Positions 29,945-41,139 of a stretch of DNA of 64,000 nt are shown here, piece after piece. This DNA comes from a plasmid. The notes beneath the pieces are model-generated. The model saw only the letters and a list, made by a program, of their open reading frames with translations. It ran no database searches and was not told the DNA's origin. Within the stretch, counting starts at the first letter, position 1. Every line of letters begins with the position of its first letter. The DNA lies in sequence record CP121101.1. One strand, given 5' to 3'. The position numbers and the translations under genes are program-made.

Positions 29945-30286
29945 ATGTCTGAAAAGATACAGTGGCAGCCGATTAGCATGCTGCCTTTACTTGTTCAAAT
30001 GGTTGAGGAAGTGCACAGCAGTACCCAACAGCAGACCCTCAACCTGGAGAAAGCAAAGGGTAATCCATTTTTGTTTTCGGCCTGTGAGCTAATCAGAACG
30101 GAAAGAGCTTACCAGGAACAGCTGGGTTCGCTGAGTTTATTTCAGCAGCAATGTGAGCGGTGGCTTGCAGAAGACATTCAACCTGAAAACGAAGTGATGG
30201 TCATGGATACGCTGGAGAGACTGTTAGAAATGGACATTATGACGAAAACCGTACTTACGCAACTCAAGTCATTTGTTGGTACCTAA
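29945..30286 (+). CDS. hypothetical protein (113 aa), in a TniQ-like position
   Basis: ORF only. Confidence 0.3.
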   Translation: MSEKIQWQPISMLPLLVQMVEEVHSSTQQQTLNLEKAKGNPFLFSACELIRTERAYQEQLGSLSLFQQQCERWLAEDIQPENEVMVMDTLERLLEMDIMTKTVLTQLKSFVGT

Positions 30287-30436
30287 TGTGAGCCTAGCTA
30301 GATGAATTCAAGCCCGATGGCACAGCGGCAAATCTCATTGGCACTGATTGTGAGCCGAGCACTTGGCTTATTATCAATTAATCTGAGTCGGGAAAACCGG
30401 ATGTAATCAAGCTTGCGGGATTATGTTTGCGAGCCA

Positions 30437-31257
30437 CTACAGGTAGCTATTCATTCGTTCAAGAAAATTCAGCAAGCGCAGCAGCAAGGGGGTCAGGAAG
30501 GAAGCGGACATGCTCACCCCGGCCATCGCCATCATCAGCCGGGTGTACTGCTCGGGAGACAGGCCGAACGTGGTCATCAGGACGAGGGGCGAGACGCTCA
30601 CATAGACCAGGATGGCGGTCACGCTGGCGCTGGTCAGCAAGGCGCGCTGCATGAAGGGGGCCATGCCCAGCAGGGCCAGCGGCGATGCTCCCGCAGGCTG
30701 GCGGGCGGGGCGGGTCTCCTTGAGCAGTCGCAGGTTGACCAGGGCACTGATGGCGGCCACCAGCGCCATGCCCACGAAGATGCCGCGCCACTCGAAGTGC
30801 GACAGGATGAGATAACCGAGTACGGGAGCCAGCACCGAATGATGACGCAGATCACGCCATTGATGAGGGAGAGGGCCATCGCGAGGCGCGCCTGGCTCAG
30901 CACATCCCGCAGCACGGTGAAGGTCATGATGTAGAGCGCTCCAGCGCCCACCCCTTGCCAGAAACGCCCCAGATAAAACTGGGCGATGCCGGTTGCCTCC
31001 GCCGCCACCAGGGAGGCGACCACGAAGATGAGGGCGCCCCCCAGCACCACGGGGCGCCTGCCATGGCGATCCGCCAGCATGCCCCCCGGCAGCACGGTAG
31101 CCGCCATGCCCAGCAGATAGATGGAAAAAGCGGTGTGGATCTGCGCCTCGCTCCCCTGCAGGGTTTGCGCAATGCGGGGGACGGCCACCAGATAGAGATC
31201 GATCCCGAGGGGATAGAGGATGATCATCAGAAAAGTACACAGCAGAAACATACCCAT
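30437..31257 (-). pseudogene. MdtL-like MFS efflux transporter fragment (about 270 of about 390 aa, several frameshifts), at the distal end of the ISCR1-mobilised segment
   Basis: N-terminal homology to MdtL (LYPLGIDLYLVAVPRIAQTLQGSEAQIHTAFSIYLLGMAA...). ORFs 30634..31257 and 30437..31240 overlap in different frames. Confidence 0.55.
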
Positions 31258-31549
31258 GAAGGCTCCATAGCAGCAGGTTTCACCATCACAGGTGCGCTGT
31301 CAGCGAGATTGACAACTCAATCCTGCAAAAGCAGAGGAAGATGCCGGGCACTATAGAGCGGGCGGCCTGCCGGGGCCTAGTGACGAGATGGCACTCGGTG
31401 GATGCCAATCCGGACATCTCCCGCAGGAGAGGTCCGGATTGGCATGCTCATCGACCCGCCCCCTGCCAGGTCGCCCTTGAGGGGTCGGGTCCGAGGTAAC
31501 GGGCACGCCGCGATGCGACGTGCCCTCAAGGCTCAGCGACGGCGCACCA

Positions 31550-32893
<1,344 letters not shown>

Positions 32894-33055
32894 TTACCGC
32901 TCAAGCCCCAATTTTAACTGCCGGTCCAGCCTAAACCGCTCTAATAAGGTTCGATTTGGCGGTAAAATCTCTAGCCTGATAGCTCGAGAGATACAAACTG
33001 CCCCACCGCCCCGTTTAAAAGTTGGCAGTGTTGAGCAGTGTTGGATTTGGGGTCG

Positions 33056-34600
33056 TCAGTCAAAGAGACGACTCTGTGATGGATCGAACAGGCTGGGAGT
33101 CAGTGGCGGCGCTCGTTCTGGTGGCAGCTCACGCTGCTTGGCGGCATTCGCCTTGGCTGTTTTCTGTTTCAGATGCTTGAGAATCTGCTCAATGACCTTC
33201 GGATCTTCGATGCTGGCAATCACTTTGACGTGACCGCCGCAGTGTTCGCAGACTTCAATATCAATATTGAAGACTCGCTTGAGGCGTTGCATCCAGGTCA
33301 TGGCGCGGTGGCGCTCTGCAGGACTCTTGTCACGCCAGTTAGTATCGAGACCTTCCGATTTGTCGGGCTTCTTGCCCCGCTTGGCGGGTGTTACTTGAAC
33401 TCGGTGTTTGCTGTTCGGTGCAAAGACGCCGTGGAAGCGTGTGAGGTTGACTCGCGGCTTAGGTACCAACGCAGCGAGTTTGGCGATGAAGTCCAGCGGC
33501 TCGAAGATCACATGGGTGGTGCCATTGCGGTACGGAGTTTTGAGCTCGTAACGCACCTGCCCATTGGCGGTTAATGCCAGACGTTTTTCTGAAACCGCTG
33601 GCCGACTAATGTAGCGACACAAGCGCTCAAGCTTATCCCGCTGATGCGCTTCGGCCATCACACCGGCGTGTAGCGAGAAACCAGCATGGTTGGCTACTCG
33701 ACTGCTTGAGTCGGCTTTATCCTCACGCCCTGGCAAGGTTTGCAGGGTGAAGACTTTGCGCCCTTGCTGGGGGCCGACGGCAATGCGATACGTAACCGAA
33801 GCACCATGTAATTGAGTCAGCGTATCGTCTTCGCCCTCTTCCAGTGTCAACCACGTATTCTCGGCATCACGCTCCAAAATCCCACGCTTTTCCATGCAGC
33901 GAGCGATGCGATGGCTGAGGGTGTGAGCGAGCGTATTCAGCTCATCGTAAGTGGGTGCCTTGACACGATGGAAGCGTTGCTTGCCATAGTCATCTTCGGC
34001 ATAGACACCATCGAGAAACAGCATGTGGTAGTGGACATTGAGATTTAGCGCGGAGCCAAAGCGTTGGATAAGAGTCACTGAGCCAGTTTGTGCAGAGGCT
34101 TTGGTGTAACCGGCTTTTTTGATCAGATGAGTTGAGAGTGTACGATAGACGATACTCAAGACCTGGCCCATCAGCTGGGGATGGCGAGCCAGCAAAAAGC
34201 GTAGCTGGAAAGGAAAGCTGAGCACCCACTGGCGAATGGGCTCCTTGGGGAAGACTTCGTCTATCAGCAGCGCCGCACTCTCGGCCATCCGGCGGGCACC
34301 GCAGCTAGGGCAAAAGCCGCGTCGTTTACAGCTGAAGGCGACCAGACGACGCTCGTGATGACAATCCTCGCAGCGAACCCGCATGAAACCATACTCCAGA
34401 CGGCCACATTGGAGGAGGTCGTTGAATTCTTGTTGGATGTAGCGAGGCAGGTGTTGACCTTGGGCTTCGAGTGAGGCTTTGAAGGCTGGGTAGTGCTGCT
34501 CAACCAGCTGGTAGAGCAGCGTCTGGTCGGGTTGGTGGCGTTCGTAACCGTTTGTTTGAGTGGGCGATTGACTCGCCGTGGCGTTCCTTGCCAGCGACAT
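33056..34600 (-). CDS. ISCR1 transposase (orf513, IS91-like rolling-circle)
   Basis: 514 aa, recognised as the ISCR1 protein (MSLARNATASQSPTQTNGYERHQ...) (no alignment was run). blaMOX lies on the oriIS side, as expected for ISCR1-mobilised genes. Confidence 0.95.
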   Translation of the reverse strand: MSLARNATASQSPTQTNGYERHQPDQTLLYQLVEQHYPAFKASLEAQGQHLPRYIQQEFNDLLQCGRLEYGFMRVRCEDCHHERRLVAFSCKRRGFCPSCGARRMAESAALLIDEVFPKEPIRQWVLSFPFQLRFLLARHPQLMGQVLSIVYRTLSTHLIKKAGYTKASAQTGSVTLIQRFGSALNLNVHYHMLFLDGVYAEDDYGKQRFHRVKAPTYDELNTLAHTLSHRIARCMEKRGILERDAENTWLTLEEGEDDTLTQLHGASVTYRIAVGPQQGRKVFTLQTLPGREDKADSSSRVANHAGFSLHAGVMAEAHQRDKLERLCRYISRPAVSEKRLALTANGQVRYELKTPYRNGTTHVIFEPLDFIAKLAALVPKPRVNLTRFHGVFAPNSKHRVQVTPAKRGKKPDKSEGLDTNWRDKSPAERHRAMTWMQRLKRVFNIDIEVCEHCGGHVKVIASIEDPKVIEQILKHLKQKTAKANAAKQRELPPERAPPLTPSLFDPSQSRLFD

Positions 34601-35003
34601 GGGTATCCTCCGCTGATACTGTGGTTATGTACAGTATCAGCGGCTTGCGTTCAGACGTCCAGTCTGGCCCTAGACATCGCTAAATGCTTAACCCGCAATA
34701 GCCCTCACGAGTTGTTATCAGCCACTACCGGTTGAGCGAGAAGGTTTTGGGTTCAGGGTGCTATTGCTCCACCAATCACAATACTGAAGCCCCAACTGTT
34801 ATCAGTTGGGGCTTTTTCTTGTCTGTTTGCGGCGGTTGCGTTTATCGGTAGTCGTCGAGCTCTGCACCATCCCACATAAGAGCTTAACGGTGCGATCTTC
34901 AACGCCATCACACAAAACTTTCTTTTTCACGCACAGTCAACTTATTGGATGTTTTATTAACAACCCAAAAGGAGATATTTAGCGGGCGGCCGGAAGGTGA
35001 ATG

Positions 35004-35846
35004 CTAGGCATGATCTAACCCTCGGTCTCTGGCGTCGCGACTGCGAAATTTCGCGAGGGTTTCCGAGAAGGTGATTGCGCTTCGCAGATCTCCAGGCGCG
35101 TGGGTGCGGACGTAGTCAGCGCCATTGCCGATCGCGTGAAGTTCCGCCGCAAGGCTCGCTGGACCCAGATCCTTTACAGGAAGGCCAACGGTGGCGCCCA
35201 AGAAGGATTTCCGCGACACCGAGACCAATAGCGGAAGCCCCAACGCCGACTTCAGCTTTTGAAGGTTCGACAGCACGTGCAGCGATGTTTCCGGTGCGGG
35301 GCTCAAGAAAAATCCCATCCCCGGATCGAGGATGAGCCGGTCGGCAGCGAGCCCCCCGCTCCGTCGCAAGGCGGAAACCCGCGCCTCGAAGAACCGCACA
35401 ATCTCGTCGAGCGCGTCTTCGGGTCGAAGGTGACCGGTGCGGGTGGCGATGCCATCCCGCTGCGCTGAGTGCATAACCACCAGCCTGCAGTCCGCCTCAG
35501 CAATATCGGGATAGAGCGCAGGGTCAGGAAATCCTTGGATATCGTTCAGGTAGCCCACGCCGCGCTTGAGCGCATAGCGCTGGGTTTCCGGTTGGAAGCT
35601 GTCGATTGAAACACGGTGCATCTGATCGGACAGGGCGTCTAAGAGCGGCGCAATACGTCTGATCTCATCGGCCGGCGATACAGGCCTCGCGTCCGGATGG
35701 CTGGCGGCCGGTCCGACATCCACGACGTCTGATCCGACTCGCAGCATTTCGATCGCCGCGGTGACAGCGCCGGCGGGGTCTAGCCGCCGGCTCTCATCGA
35801 AGAAGGAGTCCTCGGTGAGATTCAGAATGCCGAACACCGTCACCAG
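35004..35846 (-). CDS. sul1: dihydropteroate synthase Sul1. The canonical ATG is replaced by CTG (start probably GTG at 35843), and there is one extra codon ([10 protein letters not shown]).
   Basis: Full-length Sul1 match. The upstream junction reads ccgacgacgcctggtgacgg, against canonical ccgacgccatggtgacgg. Confidence 0.85.
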   Translation of the reverse strand: MVTVFGILNLTEDSFFDESRRLDPAGAVTAAIEMLRVGSDVVDVGPAASHPDARPVSPADEIRRIAPLLDALSDQMHRVSIDSFQPETQRYALKRGVGYLNDIQGFPDPALYPDIAEADCRLVVMHSAQRDGIATRTGHLRPEDALDEIVRFFEARVSALRRSGGLAADRLILDPGMGFFLSPAPETSLHVLSNLQKLKSALGLPLLVSVSRKSFLGATVGLPVKDLGPASLAAELHAIGNGADYVRTHAPGDLRSAITFSETLAKFRSRDARDRGLDHA

Positions 35847-36189
35847 GCGTCGTCGGCCTCCGCAGCGACTTCCACGATGGGGATCGGGCGAGCAAAAAGG
35901 CAGCAATTATGAGCCCCATACCTACAAAGCCCCACGCATCAAGCTTTTGCCCATGAAGCAACCAGGCAATGGCTGTAATTATGACGACGCCGAGTCCCGA
36001 CCAGACTGCATAAGCAACACCGACAGGGATGGATTTCAGAACCAGAGAAAGAAAATAAAATGCGATGCCATAACCGATTATGACAACGGCGGAAGGGGCA
36101 AGCTTAGTAAAGCCCTCGCTAGATTTTAATGCGGATGTTGCGATTACTTCGCCAACTATTGCGATAACAAGAAAAAGCCAGCCTTTCAT
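35794..36189 (-). pseudogene. qacEdelta1: qacEdelta1 (SMR quaternary-ammonium efflux). Its 3' end is frameshifted by the same indel that alters the sul1 start.
   Basis: Residues 1-110 are identical to QacEdelta1. The tail reads [10 protein letters not shown]... instead of RRPTPW*. Confidence 0.85.
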
Positions 36190-36411
36190 GATATATCTCC
36201 CAATTTGTGTAGGGCTTATTATGCACGCTTAAAAATAATAAAAGCAGACTTGACCTGATAGTTTGGCTGTGAGCAATTATGTGCTTAGTGCATCTAACGC
36301 CGCCATAAACGGCGACAGGGTGGCGCGCCTATTGCGCATAAAATGGCGAAGCCATGCGCAACAGGCGCGGAATCTCTGGCGTCCGGTTTGATGGCTTTGT
36401 TATGCAAAGGA

Positions 36412-36864
36412 CTAGTCTTCAATGACGTGTAAACCACGGCGCTTTAAGTCCTCCAACGAATCCAACATTCCCCTTATTAATTCAACAGGATGCCCCTCCC
36501 AGTCTTCAACAACGCCAACAATTCTCAAGGGTTCGCAGGTTCTATAGGACTGTGTTGGATTACCGGGAAATCTTTTGTTCGTAAGATTCGGATCGTCTTC
36601 GAACGGTCCTGTTGGCTCAACTATGTATATGTAGCCGCGACCCTCGAGGCCAGACAGTGACATAGCAAGTTCAGCTCCCCAAACTGCTGGCTCCATCAAG
36701 GCTGAAAAGTAGATGTGCTTAAGAATACGACCGTCCTCGAAATGAGAGATGAACCCTGTGGTTAGCAAGTCACCAATCGCCAAATTGGCTTTGGTTCCAT
36801 GATAGAACGGTCCTTGCACCTGCTTGTAATTATCATGAGAGATGGGAATCCAATCTTTTACCAT
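36412..36864 (-). CDS. arr-3: rifampin ADP-ribosyltransferase Arr-3
   Basis: 150 aa, recognised as Arr-3 (MVKDWIPISHDNYKQVQGPFYHGT...) (no alignment was run). Confidence 0.9.
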   Translation of the reverse strand: MVKDWIPISHDNYKQVQGPFYHGTKANLAIGDLLTTGFISHFEDGRILKHIYFSALMEPAVWGAELAMSLSGLEGRGYIYIVEPTGPFEDDPNLTNKRFPGNPTQSYRTCEPLRIVGVVEDWEGHPVELIRGMLDSLEDLKRRGLHVIED

Positions 36865-36948
36865 TTTAAGACCCTTAATTGTTGGGATTTGGCTGCATAA
36901 CGCCTGAAATAAGCCGTGCCGCGAAGCGGCATCGGCTTGATTGAATTG

Positions 36949-37582
36949 TTAGACGGCAAACTCGAGCCAATACTTGTGCAGGCCAACAATATTAGACGAG
37001 CACAGCATGGGCATTGCCGCTTTGATCTTCTCCAGTGACCAATTCCACCACTCCATCTCCAGAAGCAATGAAATTTCCTCATCGGTGAAGCGTTTCTTAA
37101 TCTTCTTAGCGGGATTGCCGCCAACGATAGCGTAAGGCTCCACATCTTTTGTCACCAACGAGCGGCTGCCTATCACCGCACCGTGCCCGATCTTGATTCC
37201 GGGCATGACCATTGCCTCAGAGCCGATCCAAACGTCATTGCCAATGACAGTATTACCTGCTTTTTGGAAGGCATCGAGTGCGCTTGAGAATGCAGGTTCT
37301 TCCTGCATATAAAAGAACGGGAAAGATGATGCCCAGTCGTACGTGATGCCCCTGATTGCCAGCCATGATAAAGGAAGCCCCACTCCCGATAGAGCAGAAA
37401 CTACCGATGATCAACTTATCAACGTCATCACGGTCCGGAAACAGATACCGTGCGCAGTCATCGAATGAGTGCCCATGATAGTAGCCAGAGTAATAGCTGT
37501 ACCGCCCAACTTTGATATTGGGGTTCTTCACTTGCTCAGAAAGCAGCTTGCCTTTGAAGGGGCTATCAAAGTAGTTGGTCAT
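36949..37582 (-). pseudogene. catB3: chloramphenicol acetyltransferase CatB3, frameshift near 37365
   Basis: ORFs 37253..37582 (N-terminal, diverging after AGNQGH) and 36949..37383 (C-terminal) together reproduce CatB3. Confidence 0.85.
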
Positions 37583-37719
37583 AAGAGATCCCGCGGTCTG
37601 TGACTTTGCCGTCTAACGTTTGAAATAAGGGGCGCCGAGCGCCAGCGAGGGGAGCCAAAAGCTTGCTTTTGGCCGTCCCGACTTGATTGAAGGGTTGGGC
37701 GATTTTGCCATTAGATTTT

Positions 37720-38550
37720 TTATAAATTTAGTGTGTTTAGAATGGTGATCGCATTTTTCTTGGCTTTTATGCTTGATGTTAAATTCGACCCCAAGTTTCC
37801 TGTAAGTGCGGACACAAAAACATATTTATGTCCTGATTTGCTTATAATAAACCCTTCAAACCATCCGTTTTGTAAGGTTCTATTTGCTGTGAATCCTGCA
37901 CCAGTTTTCCCATACAGTTTTGTACTATTATCCAGATCTTGTAGATACATGTTCTCTATGGTGTTTTCTATGGCTGAGTTTTTAACTGGGAGATTGTGAT
38001 TAATAATTTTACGCAGGAATTGAATTTGTTCTTCTGGTGAAATTTTTAAGCTACTTTCGAGCCATGCTTCTGTTAATCCGTTGTTTCTTTCTTTATCTCC
38101 AGAGAAGTCTTGATTTCCATAATCAAAATCTTTGAGATAATTCTTGATTTTATTTAATCCAATTTTTTGGGTTATTTCTTGCGAAACCCAAACAACAGAA
38201 AATTGCATCCACGTCTTTGGTGTATGATTGCTGTTCCAGATCTCCATTCCTTTGGGGGTTTTATCCCATTTGAATATGGTTTTCTGATCTATTATTTCCG
38301 CATCAAATGCCATAAGTGATAATGCGATCTTGAAAGTTGAATCTGGTGCCATTTGCGTTGCACACTTTGCTTTATTGAATTGAGCAATTTCAGCGTTTGT
38401 GGATGCATCGTAAAGTAAAAAACAACCTTCAGTTCCTTCAAATAATGGAGATGCAACAGTAGAGATATCTGTTGATGCACTGGCGCTGCTGTAGATAATA
38501 TTTGCAATTATTAAAAAAATAGCGAAGTTGATATGTATTGTGTTTTTCAT
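37720..38550 (-). CDS. blaOXA-1: class D beta-lactamase OXA-1
   Basis: 276 aa from MKNTIHINFAIFLIIANIIYSSASA. STFK and KTG motifs. Recognised as OXA-1 (no alignment was run). Confidence 0.95.
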   Translation of the reverse strand: MKNTIHINFAIFLIIANIIYSSASASTDISTVASPLFEGTEGCFLLYDASTNAEIAQFNKAKCATQMAPDSTFKIALSLMAFDAEIIDQKTIFKWDKTPKGMEIWNSNHTPKTWMQFSVVWVSQEITQKIGLNKIKNYLKDFDYGNQDFSGDKERNNGLTEAWLESSLKISPEEQIQFLRKIINHNLPVKNSAIENTIENMYLQDLDNSTKLYGKTGAGFTANRTLQNGWFEGFIISKSGHKYVFVSALTGNLGSNLTSSIKAKKNAITILNTLNL

Positions 38551-38680
38551 AATAAGTATTGGTTTGGTAAAGGGCTTAATTTTAACGGCTAACAATTAAT
38601 GAGGCTCCGGGTTCGCCCAACGTTTGACATGAGGGGCGGCCAAGGGCGCCAGCCCTTGGACGTCCCCCTCGATGGAAGGG

Positions 38681-39277
38681 TTAGGCATCACTGCGTGTTC
38701 GCTCGAATGCCTGGCGTGTTTGAACCATGTACACGGCTGGACCATATGGGGTGGTTACGGTACCTTGCCTCTCAAACCCCGCTTTCTCGTAGCATCGGAT
38801 CGCTCGCAAGTTGCTCGGCGACGGGTCCGTTTGGATCTTGGTGACCTCGGGATCATTGAACAGCAACTCAACCAGAGCTCGAACCAGCTTGGTTCCCAAG
38901 CCTTTGCCCAGTTGTGATGCATTCGCCAGTAACTGGTCTATTCCGCGTACTCCTGGATCGGTTTCTTCTTCCCACCGTCCGTCCCCGCTTCCAAGAGCAA
39001 CGTACGACTGGGCATACCCAATCGGCTCTCCATTCAGCATTGCAATGTATGGAGTGACGGACTCTTGCGCTAAAACGCTTGGCAAGTACTGTTCCTGTAC
39101 GTCAGCAAGTGTCGGGCGTGCTTCTTCTCCGCCCCACCACTCGACGATATGAGATCGATTTAGCCACTCATAGAGCATCGCAAGGTCATGCTCAGTCATG
39201 AGGCGCAGTGTGACGGAATCGTTGCTGTTGGTCACGATGCTGTACTTTGTGATGCCTAACTTTGTTTTTGCGTTGCT
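38681..39277 (-). CDS. aac(6')-Ib-cr: AAC(6')-Ib-cr (W102R, D179Y), the aminoglycoside and fluoroquinolone acetylating variant, with an N-terminal extension
   Basis: [10 protein letters not shown] and [11 protein letters not shown] seen. 5' fusion [16 protein letters not shown] as in In37-type arrays. Confidence 0.9.
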   Translation of the reverse strand, partial: SNAKTKLGITKYSIVTNSNDSVTLRLMTEHDLAMLYEWLNRSHIVEWWGGEEARPTLADVQEQYLPSVLAQESVTPYIAMLNGEPIGYAQSYVALGSGDGRWEEETDPGVRGIDQLLANASQLGKGLGTKLVRALVELLFNDPEVTKIQTDPSPSNLRAIRCYEKAGFERQGTVTTPYGPAVYMVQTRQAFERTRSDA

Positions 39278-39525
39278 CATGATGTCTAACTCCCAATTTG
39301 TGTAGGGCTTATTATGCACGCTTAAAAATAATAAAAGCAGCTTGACCTGATAGTTTGGCTGTGAGCAATTATGTGCTTAGTGCATCTAACTTTGTTTTAG
39401 GGCGACTGCCCTGCTGCGTAACATCGTTGCTGCTCCATAACATCAAACATCGACCCACGGCGTAACGCGCTTGCTGCTTGGATGCCCGAGGCATAGACTG
39501 TACAAAAAAACAGTCATAACAAGCC

Positions 39526-40541
39526 ATGAAAACCGCCACTGCGCCGTTACCACCGCTGCGTTCGGTCAAGGTTCTGGACCAGTTGCGTGAGCGCATACGC
39601 TACTTGCATTACAGTTTACGAACCGAACAGGCTTATGTCCACTGGGTTCGTGCCTTCATCCGTTTCCACGGTGTGCGTCACCCGGCAACCTTGGGCAGCA
39701 GCGAAGTCGAGGCATTTCTGTCCTGGCTGGCGAACGAGCGCAAGGTTTCGGTCTCCACGCATCGTCAGGCATTGGCGGCCTTGCTGTTCTTCTACGGCAA
39801 GGTGCTGTGCACGGATCTGCCCTGGCTTCAGGAGATCGGAAGAGACCTCGGCCGTCGCGGCGCTTGCCGGTGGTGCTGACCCCGGATGAAGTGGTTCGCA
39901 TCCTCGGTTTTCTGGAAGGCGAGCATCGTTTGTTCGCCCAGCTTCTGTATGGAACGGGCATGCGGATCAGTGAGGGTTTGCAACTGCGGGTCAAGGATCT
40001 GGATTTCGATCACGGCACGATCATCGTGCGGGAGGGCAAGGGCTCCAAGGATCGGGCCTTGATGTTACCCGAGAGCTTGGCACCCAGCCTGCGCGAGCAG
40101 CTGTCGCGTGCACGGGCATGGTGGCTGAAGGACCAGGCCGAGGGCCGCAGCGGCGTTGCGCTTCCCGACGCCCTTGAGCGGAAGTATCCGCGCGCCGGGC
40201 ATTCCTGGCCGTGGTTCTGGGTTTTTGCGCAGCACACGCATTCGACCGATCCACGGAGCGGTGTCGTGCGTCGCCATCACATGTATGACCAGACCTTTCA
40301 GCGCGCCTTCAAACGTGCCGTAGAACAAGCAGGCATCACGAAGCCCGCCACACCGCACACCCTCCGCCACTCGTTCGCGACGGCCTTGCTCCGCAGCGGT
40401 TACGACATTCGAACCGTGCAGGATCTGCTCGGCCATTCCGACGTCTCTACGACGATGATTTACACGCATGTGCTGAAAGTTGGCGGTGCCGGAGTGCGCT
40501 CACCGCTTGATGCGCTGCCGCCCCTCACTAGTGAGAGGTAG
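39526..40541 (+). pseudogene. intI1: intI1 copy 2, 2-bp insertion (GA near 39841) causing a frameshift
   Basis: gatcggaagaGAcctcggcc here, against gatcggaagacctcggcc in copy 1. ORFs 39526..39879 and 39807..40541. Confidence 0.9.
39613..39641 (-). promoter_or_regulatory. Pc promoter, PcH1 (TGGACA-17-TAAACT), copy 2
   Basis: Same hexamers as copy 1. Confidence 0.5.
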
Positions 40542-40718
40542 GGCAGCGCAAGTCAATCCTGGCGGATTCACTACCCCTGCGCGAAGGCCATCGGTGCCGC
40601 ATCGAACGGCCGGTTGCGGAAAGTCCTCCCTGCGTCCGCTGATGGCCGGCAGCAGCCCGTCGTTGCCTGATGGATCCAACCCCTCCGCTGCTATAGTGCA
40701 GTCGGCTTCTGACGTTCA

Positions 40719-40743
40719 GTGCAGCCGTCTTCTGAAAACGACA
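40719..40743 (-). repeat. Tn402 IRi, copy 2, abutting the tnpR interior
   Basis: gtgcagccgtcttctgaaaacgaca followed directly by tnpR codons (VVVHSMDRLARN). Confidence 0.8.
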
Positions 40744-41136
40744 ACAGTGGTGGTGCACAGCATGGATCGGCTGGCCCGCAACCTCGATGACCTGCGTCGC
40801 TTGGTACAGAAGCTGACTCAGCGCGGCGTGCGCATCGAGTTCCTGAAGGAGGGCCTGGTGTTCACTGGCGAGGACTCGCCGATGGCCAACCTGATGCTGT
40901 CGGTGATGGGGGCCTTCGCTGAGTTCGAGCGCGCCCTGATCCGCGAGCGGCAGCGTGAGGGCATCGCCTTGGCCAAGCAGCGTGGCGCGTACCGGGGCCG
41001 CAAGAAAGCCCTGTCCGATGAGCAGGCTGCTACCCTGCGGCAGCGAGCGACGGCCGGCGAGCCCAAGGCGCAGCTTGCCCGCGAGTTCAACATCAGCCGG
41101 GAAACCCTCTACCAGTACCTCCGCACGGACGACTGA
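40744..41136 (+). pseudogene. tnpR: Tn21-subgroup resolvase TnpR, 5'-truncated by IRi (about the last 130 aa remain)
   Basis: VVVHSMDRLARNLDDLRRLVQKLTQRGV...LYQYLRTDD matches the TnpR C-terminal two-thirds. Confidence 0.8.
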
Positions 41137-41139
41137 CAC

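Noticed and set aside
30413-31356. Plus-strand ORFs 30413..30934 and 30955..31356 opposite the mdtL-like fragment
   Set aside because: Low-complexity Arg/Gly/His-rich translations antisense to a recognisable MFS gene.
38551-38595. N-terminal extension of the blaOXA-1 ORF (MLAVKIKPFTKPILI-)
   Set aside because: The canonical OXA-1 signal peptide starts at MKNTIHINF (38550). The upstream codons are cassette 5'-UTR read in frame.
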